From assembly GCA_963718235.1 (NCBI GenBank), contig CAVQYR010000002.1:64001-128000 (forward strand): a DNA stretch of 64,000 nucleotides, written 5' to 3'. Below, piece after piece: positions 11,573 to 19,095 of this stretch (position 1 is its first letter; every line of letters begins with the position of its first letter). The stretch comes from an uncultured Actinomycetota bacterium (lineage in GTDB: Bacteria; Actinomycetota; Actinomycetes; JAHEKZ01). Both the position numbers and the translations under genes were made by a program. The notes beneath the pieces are model-generated. The model made no database searches and was not told where the DNA came from. It saw nothing but the letters and a program-made list of their open reading frames with translations.

Positions 11573-11923
11573 TCACGAAGGCAGGGAGATGACCGGCCGG
11601 ACCTCGACCCCCTCACCAGGGAGCACTCGGGCCAACGCCAGCGCGGCGTCGAGGTCGGCGCACTCGACCACGTAGTAGCCGCCCAGGGCCTCCTTGGTCT
11701 CGGCGAAGGGGCCGTCGGTGACGATCGGTCCTGAGTCCCCATGTCGGATAGAGGTGGCCGTCGATGAGGCCTCCAGGGGTGCTCCCTCGAGGACCTTGGC
11801 CCCGGAGCTGACGACCTGCTCCTGCCAGGCGTTGTGGGCCTTCAGCATCACGGCCCAGTCCTCGTCGGTCGCCTCGGCCAGGCGGGACTCGTCTCCGTAG
11901 ATCAAGAACATGTAGCTGGGCAT
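11573..11923 (-). CDS. YciI/DGPF-family protein
   Basis: VTDGPFAETKEALGGYYVVEC...VEVRPV signature. Confidence 0.93.
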   Translation of the reverse strand: MPSYMFLIYGDESRLAEATDEDWAVMLKAHNAWQEQVVSSGAKVLEGAPLEASSTATSIRHGDSGPIVTDGPFAETKEALGGYYVVECADLDAALALARVLPGEGVEVRPVISLPS

Positions 11924-11982
11924 GGCGTTCCTCTCACTCTGTGTCTCTGTGTGTCTCTGTGTATGGCATCTGACACGTGGAC

Positions 11983-12009
11983 GACGAACGGGTCGCGCCG
12001 AAATCGACA
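11983..12009 (-). promoter_or_regulatory. ECF42-type promoter (TGTCGA-N17-CGTC) upstream of the DGPF gene
   Basis: Minus strand reads TGTCGA tttcggcgcgacccgtt CGTC about 60 nt upstream of the DGPF ATG; matches the known ECF42 target consensus. Confidence 0.75.
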
Positions 12010-12020
12010 GGAGCCGACGA

Positions 12021-13226
12021 TCAGCTCAGCAGATCCTCTCCGATCCAGCCCCCTGGACGACAGCCCCCGGGCAGCGCGAAGACCGCTGACCCGATGGGTG
12101 TCGTCCAGTCGTTGAGGAGGTCGAAGGTGGCCAGGCGACGCTGGATGGGGAGGAACTGCTGCTCGATGCTCGACTGGTAGGCGCAGAAAACCAGCCCCAC
12201 GTCGGAGACCGACGTCGTCCCCGGCGATTCGTCGTAGGAGTAGCTCCTTCGAAGGAAGCGCTCGTGCGCAGTGTGCGCGCGGGCCCGGCGTGTGTGCGCG
12301 AAAGCCGGAATGACCGGCAGACCGTCGGCACCCACGGCGGCGAGGTCCACCGGTGTCTGCTCCTCGCCTCCGGTCAGGGGCGCACCGTCGCTGAGTCGGC
12401 GTCCGATCACCTGCTCGCGCGACGAGCGATCGACCTTGTCCCAGCCGTCGAGGTCCATCGAGATCCGCCGCACGACCAGCGTCGTGCCTCCGTGGAACCA
12501 CGGGAGCTCCTCATCGGACCAGACGATCGGGGCGAACTCCGGCGAGCCGGGGGCCGGGTTGACCGTCCCGTCCACCTGACCCATCAGGTTGCGGGGGGTC
12601 GACGCGGGGGAGGTGACACCGCGCGCGTCTCGGAAGCCGCGTTGGACCCAGCGAACGGTGGTGAAGGCGCGGGCGTCCTTCAGCAGCATCCGGGTCGCGT
12701 GCGCGACGGAAGTCGGGTCGTCGCCGCCCACGTGGACCAGGAGGTCCCCGTCGCTCCAGTGCGGCTGCAGGCGGTCGATGGGCAGGGGAGGCAGCTCGGT
12801 GAGCCCCTCTGGGCGCTGGTCCCGCAGGCCCAGCCGTTCGAAGAACCCAGGCCCGAACCCGAAGGTGACGGTCAGGTTCGCCGGCCGGAGGGCGAGCTCG
12901 ACCTCGGGGTCGGCCAGCGCGGGCGCTCCCGACGTCAGTCGCGCGGCGTCGTCGGTCCAAAGCCGCATCAGGCGCCCAGCGGCCTCACGATCGACGCCGG
13001 GTCGGAGGTCGACGGCGACGAACGTAGCCAGGGCCTGCGCTGGGGTCTCGACGCCTGCCTGGTGCTCCCCGTGGAACGGCAGCGTGTCGTCCCCCCAGGT
13101 GGGTTGCTCGGGAGGAGGACTGTGCTCGTGGACCGCGGCGTAGGTCGCGGCTCCCGCCAGGGAGGCGCCGCCGACGAAGGCGGCACCTCCCCGAAGGAAG
13201 TCCCGACGGCTCGAGGTCGAGGGCAT
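12021..13226 (-). CDS. Tat-exported DyP-type heme peroxidase
   Basis: SRRDFL Tat signal, FHGEHQAGV, GQVDGTVNP (GxxDG), proximal His in AHTRRA, FLRRSYSY. Confidence 0.92.
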   Translation of the reverse strand: MPSTSSRRDFLRGGAAFVGGASLAGAATYAAVHEHSPPPEQPTWGDDTLPFHGEHQAGVETPAQALATFVAVDLRPGVDREAAGRLMRLWTDDAARLTSGAPALADPEVELALRPANLTVTFGFGPGFFERLGLRDQRPEGLTELPPLPIDRLQPHWSDGDLLVHVGGDDPTSVAHATRMLLKDARAFTTVRWVQRGFRDARGVTSPASTPRNLMGQVDGTVNPAPGSPEFAPIVWSDEELPWFHGGTTLVVRRISMDLDGWDKVDRSSREQVIGRRLSDGAPLTGGEEQTPVDLAAVGADGLPVIPAFAHTRRARAHTAHERFLRRSYSYDESPGTTSVSDVGLVFCAYQSSIEQQFLPIQRRLATFDLLNDWTTPIGSAVFALPGGCRPGGWIGEDLLS

Positions 13227-13232
13227 CGTCGG

Positions 13233-13754
13233 TCAGCCCATCGAGTCGCCACCGGAGTAGTCCTCGTCCGCCCCCGAGAACTCCTTGGCAACCGCGTCGA
13301 CGTCCAGGGTCGACCCGTCGTCGAAGGTCAAGGTGAGCGAGACGACGTCCCCCGGCTGGATCGGTTCGGCGACGTCCATGAGCATGATGTGGTCACCGCC
13401 GGGCTCCAGAGTGGCCGTGCCGTCGGCCGGAAGGGGTATGCCGCCCTCCTTGGGCTGCATCACCATCTCCCCGTTCTTCATGGCCATCTCGTGCAGCTCG
13501 ACCATGGACGACGCAGGGGTGCTCGCCGACACGAGGACGAGGTCGGAGTCCGACGTGTTGGTCAGGGTGACGAATGCCGCAGTCATTCCGGAGTCGACGG
13601 CCTTGACCCAGGGGTCTTCCGCGGTGACGGTCACCGCGTTGGTGGGGGCTGCCGCTGGGTCGTCGTCGCCACACGCAGCGAGGGGTCCGACCGTCAGGGC
13701 GACGACCGAGGCAATCAGTGCGGGGCGTAGCCACCGCAGGCGAAGCAGGGACAT
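13233..13754 (-). CDS. PCu(A)C-family copper chaperone lipoprotein
   Basis: Lipobox LAAC; ELHEM...MVMQ...LEPGGDHIMLM copper-ligand pattern. Confidence 0.92.
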   Translation of the reverse strand: MSLLRLRWLRPALIASVVALTVGPLAACGDDDPAAAPTNAVTVTAEDPWVKAVDSGMTAAFVTLTNTSDSDLVLVSASTPASSMVELHEMAMKNGEMVMQPKEGGIPLPADGTATLEPGGDHIMLMDVAEPIQPGDVVSLTLTFDDGSTLDVDAVAKEFSGADEDYSGGDSMG

Positions 13755-13829
13755 GAGATCTCCTCAAGACAAGAGACGCTGCGGCGGTCTGACCGCGCAA
13801 CGAGGGAACGCACCGACGGTGCGGGTGGG

Positions 13830-14426
13830 CTAGGTCGACGCGAGGTGAGGAGGGGCTCGCGGACCGCCGCTGGCGCGGCAGAAGGAACGCAGGGTCGGCA
13901 CCGAACCCGCGACGGCAGGTCCGCCGGTGCTCGTCAGTCGGGCGAAGGGGACGAGCAGCCCGACCAGCACCCGCCGAGCCATGAACCACAGCCACAGCAG
14001 GAGGTTCTCTCCGCGCCTCAGCAGGGCGATCGACAGCGCGAGCGCCGCCAGGTGGGCCAGCAGCATCGGCTGGCTCACGCCCATGGAGTGGCCGAACAGC
14101 GGGGCTCCGCCACCTGCGGCAAGGGTGTTCGCCGCGTGGTGCCCCACGCCGGGCTGTGCGGAGCCGGCATGCGGACCGTGCCCCAGCCACAAGGTGCCGT
14201 GCACGAGCAGCGCGATACCAGCGAGGGCGAAGGCCAGCCGTCCGGTCGTCCAGGTCTTGGCCGACGCCGTCACACAGAGGGCGGCGACCAGGGCCAGCGT
14301 CACCAGCGCAACAGGGCCAGCGTCGAGGGTGCCGCCGCCGGCGAGGTGACCGAGGACCGGCAGTCCGACACCCACGGCGGCCACGACCACGCCGCGTGTT
14401 CGGCGCATCGCCTCCACCTGTCGCAC
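13830..14426 (-). CDS. Multi-TM His-containing membrane protein with C-terminal RAPP motif (putative arrest leader)
   Basis: Hydrophobic helices carrying LGHLAGGG, LVHGTL and MLLAHLAA; His-rich loop; ends GGPRAPPHLAST. Confidence 0.75.
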   Translation of the reverse strand: MRQVEAMRRTRGVVVAAVGVGLPVLGHLAGGGTLDAGPVALVTLALVAALCVTASAKTWTTGRLAFALAGIALLVHGTLWLGHGPHAGSAQPGVGHHAANTLAAGGGAPLFGHSMGVSQPMLLAHLAALALSIALLRRGENLLLWLWFMARRVLVGLLVPFARLTSTGGPAVAGSVPTLRSFCRASGGPRAPPHLAST

Positions 14427-14459
14427 GGGCTCATCGTACGGAGCCGGTTCCCAGCTGGG

Positions 14460-15227
14460 TCAGAGCCCCTCTTGGGAGTACACCGCCATGGAGTCGCGAA
14501 GGAACTCAGCCAGCCGGGGATGGACGTCGTCGTAGCGGGCTCGGAAGTCGGGGTGGTCGACATAGAGCTGCCCCAGCCCGGCATAGCGCTCCGCGTCCGG
14601 GGTCCAGAACCTGGCGACGACCGTGTAGTGCTCGGTGACGACCGCCTGGACGGCTGGATCGTCGGGAGTCGCGCCCTGCTCGATCAGCTCGACGAGGCGG
14701 TCGTCGATCGAGGCGAAGGCACTCTGCGCTTCGGCGTAGTCGCGCTGCTCCCAGCCGACGGTGCTCGCCCTGGACTGGGCCATCGGCTCGCTCACGTCGT
14801 CGCCGAAGCGGTCGACCAGCTCCTGCTCGTAGGCGGCCTGGCGCTGTTGGTCGAAGCCGGCAAACAGCTCGTCGGTGGACATGGTCTCCCCGTTCTCCCA
14901 GGACTCGATGGTGGTGTCGACGGTGGCCAGCAGCGCCTGGAGCTCCCGCCCACGTCGGAGAAGGTCGACCCGGTGCCGGCGCAGGGCGTCGAGCGGGTCG
15001 CAGTCGTCGTCGACGATCGCCTTGATCTCGTCGAGACCCAGGCCGAGCTCGCGCAGCAGCAGGATCCGCTGGAGGCGGGCCAGCTCCCGCTCGCTGTAGA
15101 ACCGGTAGCCGTTGCGTCCCACGTGGGCCGGCCGAAGGAGGCCAATCGCGTCGTAGTGGCGAAGCGTCCGACTGCTCACCCCGGATGCCCGAGCGACCTC
15201 GGTGATCGCCAGCAGCTCGTCGTCCAT
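14460..15227 (-). CDS. MerR-family regulator with TipAS-like C-terminal domain
   Basis: ITEVARASGVSSRTLRHYDAIGLL..NGYRFY HTH; YAGLGQLYVDHPDFRARYD TipAS-like; start set at ATG 15227. Confidence 0.9.
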   Translation of the reverse strand: MDDELLAITEVARASGVSSRTLRHYDAIGLLRPAHVGRNGYRFYSERELARLQRILLLRELGLGLDEIKAIVDDDCDPLDALRRHRVDLLRRGRELQALLATVDTTIESWENGETMSTDELFAGFDQQRQAAYEQELVDRFGDDVSEPMAQSRASTVGWEQRDYAEAQSAFASIDDRLVELIEQGATPDDPAVQAVVTEHYTVVARFWTPDAERYAGLGQLYVDHPDFRARYDDVHPRLAEFLRDSMAVYSQEGL

Positions 15228-15234
15228 GGAAGCC

Positions 15235-15265
15235 ACGCTAGGCGTTGACGCCGCGTCAACGTCCA
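15235..15265 (-). promoter_or_regulatory. MerR-type promoter with 19-bp spacer and palindromic operator
   Basis: Minus strand TGGACG-N19-TAGCGT-N7-ATG; perfect inverted repeat CGTTGACGC-C-GCGTCAACG at 15243-15261. Confidence 0.85.
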
Positions 15266-15307
15266 CCTGCCTCCGGGTCATTGCCGCACCCCTTCGAGGA
15301 CCGGACA

Positions 15308-18300
15308 ATGCGGGTCATGGCCGACTCAGGGGGACGGGTGCTCCCGTATGTGCCCCGACTGACCCTGGAGTGGCTGGCCCAGCGGCCGCAGGACGCGCAC
15401 ACGCTCATCGCGGGCACCGTCATCTTCGCCGACCTCTCCGGCTTCACCGCCATGGCCGAGCGTCTGGCCTCCCTGGGTCGCGAGGGGGCCGAACGGCTGA
15501 CCGAGGTCATCGACGAGACCTTCGCCACCCTGCTGGCCGGGGTCTACGCCGAGGGCGGGAGGCTGCTCGCCTTCGGCGGCGACGCCATGGTGCTGATGTT
15601 CGTCGGAGACGACCACGTGTCACGCGGCTGCCGTGCCGCAGTGGGGCTGCGGCGCACCCTGCGGCAGGTCGGGCGTCACGAGACTCCCCGTGGCGCCGTC
15701 CAGCTGCGGATCTCGATCGGTGTCCACACGGGGGAGTTCGCGGCGTTTCTCGTCGGCTCGTCGCACCGACAGCTGCTCCTGGCCGGGCCCGGGATCACCT
15801 CGGTGGTCGACGCCGAGCATGCTGCACATACGGGCGAGATCGTGGTGACCGAGGGCACGGCCAGTGCTCTGCCCTCGCGCTGCGTCGGCCCGGTGGTGGC
15901 GGGTGGGTACCGCTTGTCGCGCGCGCCGAGCGGTGCCGGCGCCTTCGCCATCGACCAGGCACCCCCGGGCGCCGCCGACCTGGCTGGCCGGGCGGTCCCC
16001 ACCGCCATCCGTGACCATCTGCTCGACCCTTCGACCACGGCGGAGCACCGGGTCGTCACGATGGCGTTCCTCCAGGTGCGCGGGACCGACACAGCCGTGG
16101 CCAAGGGGTTGCCCGAGGCCGCTGACGCGTTGGCTGCCGTCGTCACCTGCGTGCAGGAGGCGTGCGAGCGGTTCGGGGTGACCTTTCTCGGTGCCGATGT
16201 CGACCATGACGCCGTCAAGGTCCTCCTTGTCGCCGGTGCACCGGTGTCCCGCGGTGACGACGAGGAGCGAATGCTTCTCGCGCTCCGCGACGTCGTGGAA
16301 GCCAGACTGCCCCTACCCGTACGGGCTGGAGTCCATCGAGGCAACGTGTTCGTCGGAGACGTCGGGCCGTCATACCGCCGCACGTTCACAGCGATGGGCG
16401 ACACCGTCAACCTTGCCGCTCGGCTGATGGCTCGCGCCGACGACGGCACGATCCTGGCCACTCACGATGTGGTCGACCGGTCACGCGTCACATTCGCCCT
16501 GACCGACGTGGAGCCGTTCGTGGCCAAGGGCAAGCGTGCGTTGGTGCATGCGGTGAGCGTGGGCGAGGCGACCGAAGCAGTGGCGGCTTCGTCACGTGCA
16601 CCGGTGCTCGTCGGGCGTGACGCCGAGCTCGTAACGCTGCTCTCGGCATGGGAGGAGGCGCGAGCCGGGAGGGGACGCGCCGTCGAGATCGTGGGAGAAC
16701 CGGGCATCGGCAAGACCGCCCTGCTCGACGTCCTGGTCGACCGAGCCTCCGCCGCGGCCTGGCTGCGCACCAGAGGCGACCTGTACTCGGCGTCGTCACC
16801 GTACCGAGCGGCCCGCGAGCTGCTGCTCACGGCTCTCGGCGTGGACTCGCGGTCGCTCGACCCGACGGAGCTGATGGCCGGAGTCGCACAGCTGGTCTCG
16901 CGAAGCGCGCCGGCTCTGACCGCGTGGCTGCCCCTGTTGGCTGATGTCGTCGGCGGGTCGGTCGAGACCACTCCCGAGGTGGCGGCGCTGTCCGACGAAC
17001 GACGACGGGACCGGCTGCACGAGGTCGTCACGGAGGTGGTCGACGCCGCGATTCCTGGTGCTGCGCTGCTCACCGTCGAGGACACCCACTGGCTGGACGA
17101 CGCGTCGTCAGCGCTGCTGGCCCACCTCGTGCAGGCGTCCCGGGTCCGTCCGTGGTTGGTCGTCACGACGCGCCGCGACCTCGTCACCGGATACGTGCAG
17201 GCCACGGGAGCCGGTGAGGTCGTCATCCCGCGCCCACTGGACGACGCCGCAGCGGCGCTCCTGGCCACCGGTGACGACGACGCAGTGCCGCTTCCTCCGG
17301 TGGTGATGGCCCGGCTGACCCGTCAGGCCGCAGGCAACCCGCTGTTCCTGCGTGAGCTGGTCGCGGCTGCGCGGGACCACGCCGACGTCGATGAGCTGCC
17401 CGACACCCTCGACGCGCTGCTGACCGTTCGCCTGGACCGACTCGGTGCCCGCGACCGTGACCTGGTACGGCGGGCGGCCGTGCTCGGCCCGCGGTTTCGT
17501 GAAGTCGACCTGGGGTTGGTGGCCGGCGAGCAGACGACGGTCCCGGGCGCATCGTCGTGGGGACGGCTGGGGGAGTTCGTGGTCCGGGTCGATGACGAGC
17601 ACCTCGCCTTCACACACGCGCTGCTGCGCGACGCCGCCTACGCGGCTCTGCCTTTCCGGCTCAGGCGAGAGCTGCACGGCCGGGTCGCCGACGCCTGGTC
17701 GACCACCTCTGAGCGGGGCGATGACGCGGTGCTGTCGTACCACTTCTTCGCGGCCGGGCGGTGGGCCGAAGCGTGGAACACGGCACGCGTTGCTGGCGAG
17801 GCCGCGGTCGCCGCCTACGCACCTGTGGAGGCTGCCGCGCTCCTCGACCGTGCACTTCAGGCGGCTCGGCTCCTGCACGGCGAGGTGGCCTGGGCCGAAC
17901 GGGCGGAGGTGTCTCTGCTGCTCGCCAGGGCTCACGCGGTGAGCGGGTCGTTCGACGCCGCGGAGCGTGCCTATGCGGGGGTGACTGCGGGCAGCGACGA
18001 CCCCCTGCTGAAGGCACGGTCGCTGGTGCAACAGGCGTGGCTGGCCGAGCGCCAGAGCCGTCTGCGGCTGGGTGTTCGCCGGGCCAGGGCCGCGCAGCGC
18101 CTGCTCACGACCGTCGCCGACGATTCTTCGGGACGACGTGAGTGCCTCGCAGCGGCGCTGACCGCCGAGGGCATGTGCTGGGAGGTGATGGGTCGACACG
18201 ACCGGGCCGCCGATGCGCTTCGGCAGGCAGTTGACGAGGCCGAGGCAGTGGGCGACCAGCGCACGGTCGCGCACGCAGGGTCGATCCTCGACGGCTGCCT

Positions 18301-19081
18301 GGCCATGACCGGCGACCGGACCGCGGGCCGCCACCTCGAGCGCTCACTGGAGATCTACCAGGAGCTGGGGGACCTCGCGGGACAGGCGACCTGCCTGACC
18401 AACCTCGGCGCGCTGGCGTACCTGCGTGGTGACTGGGAGCTGGCTGTCTCCAGCTACCGAGAAGGGCAGCTGGTCCAGCTGCGCTCGGGCGACGTGACCA
18501 GCGCAGCACTCGGCGCGGTGAACATCGGAGAGGTGCGAAGCGACCAGGGGCACTGGGAGCAGGCGATGGTCTCCTTGGACGAGGCGTTGGCGGTGTGGCG
18601 CTCGACCGGCCATCGGCATGGGGTCGCCTACGCGCAGGGCCTGCGCGGTCGGCTGCTGGCTCGCAGGGGCGCCTTCGATGCGGGGTGGGACGAGCTCGCG
18701 GCCGCCTCAGCGCTGCATCGAGAAGTCGGTGCTGAGGGCGACGCCGCCCAGGTGTCACTGTGGCTCGCCGAGTGCCATCTGCTGGCCGGTGAACCCGAGA
18801 CGGCGTTGCGGCTGCTCGATGACGGAGCCGACGACGAGTCGGTGGCGGCTGCTCGGCTGCGTGCGACCGCCACGTGGCTGGCCGGGCCGGTGACCGGCGG
18901 CGTCGCAGCGTTGCACGCGGCCTACCGACGGTCGGTCGATGAGGCGGAGGCGTACGAAAGGGTCTGCCTCGCCGAGGTCCTGGCTGCCGCCGATTCCGGC
19001 GCCGAGGCCCTTGCCCACGAGGTCGCGCCGTTGCGCACCGGTCTGGGCATCGTTCGGCTCGCCGTCCTGCCGGGCCGCTGA
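15308..19081 (+). CDS. Tandem class III nucleotide cyclase + STAND P-loop ATPase + TPR protein
   Basis: IFADLSGFT and FGGDA (domain 1), MGDTVNLAARL (domain 2), LVGRDAEL, Walker A GEPGIGKT, VEDTHWLD, AAGNPLFL, C-terminal TPRs. Start 15308 or 15317. Confidence 0.9.
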   Translation: MRVMADSGGRVLPYVPRLTLEWLAQRPQDAHTLIAGTVIFADLSGFTAMAERLASLGREGAERLTEVIDETFATLLAGVYAEGGRLLAFGGDAMVLMFVGDDHVSRGCRAAVGLRRTLRQVGRHETPRGAVQLRISIGVHTGEFAAFLVGSSHRQLLLAGPGITSVVDAEHAAHTGEIVVTEGTASALPSRCVGPVVAGGYRLSRAPSGAGAFAIDQAPPGAADLAGRAVPTAIRDHLLDPSTTAEHRVVTMAFLQVRGTDTAVAKGLPEAADALAAVVTCVQEACERFGVTFLGADVDHDAVKVLLVAGAPVSRGDDEERMLLALRDVVEARLPLPVRAGVHRGNVFVGDVGPSYRRTFTAMGDTVNLAARLMARADDGTILATHDVVDRSRVTFALTDVEPFVAKGKRALVHAVSVGEATEAVAASSRAPVLVGRDAELVTLLSAWEEARAGRGRAVEIVGEPGIGKTALLDVLVDRASAAAWLRTRGDLYSASSPYRAARELLLTALGVDSRSLDPTELMAGVAQLVSRSAPALTAWLPLLADVVGGSVETTPEVAALSDERRRDRLHEVVTEVVDAAIPGAALLTVEDTHWLDDASSALLAHLVQASRVRPWLVVTTRRDLVTGYVQATGAGEVVIPRPLDDAAAALLATGDDDAVPLPPVVMARLTRQAAGNPLFLRELVAAARDHADVDELPDTLDALLTVRLDRLGARDRDLVRRAAVLGPRFREVDLGLVAGEQTTVPGASSWGRLGEFVVRVDDEHLAFTHALLRDAAYAALPFRLRRELHGRVADAWSTTSERGDDAVLSYHFFAAGRWAEAWNTARVAGEAAVAAYAPVEAAALLDRALQAARLLHGEVAWAERAEVSLLLARAHAVSGSFDAAERAYAGVTAGSDDPLLKARSLVQQAWLAERQSRLRLGVRRARAAQRLLTTVADDSSGRRECLAAALTAEGMCWEVMGRHDRAADALRQAVDEAEAVGDQRTVAHAGSILDGCLAMTGDRTAGRHLERSLEIYQELGDLAGQATCLTNLGALAYLRGDWELAVSSYREGQLVQLRSGDVTSAALGAVNIGEVRSDQGHWEQAMVSLDEALAVWRSTGHRHGVAYAQGLRGRLLARRGAFDAGWDELAAASALHREVGAEGDAAQVSLWLAECHLLAGEPETALRLLDDGADDESVAAARLRATATWLAGPVTGGVAALHAAYRRSVDEAEAYERVCLAEVLAAADSGAEALAHEVAPLRTGLGIVRLAVLPGR

Positions 19082-19095
19082 GTCGACGTCGCTGA

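Noticed and set aside
11937-11962. CTCTGTGT-type short repeat in the DGPF 5' leader
   Set aside because: Only about three imperfect units outside coding sequence; no evidence of phase variation.
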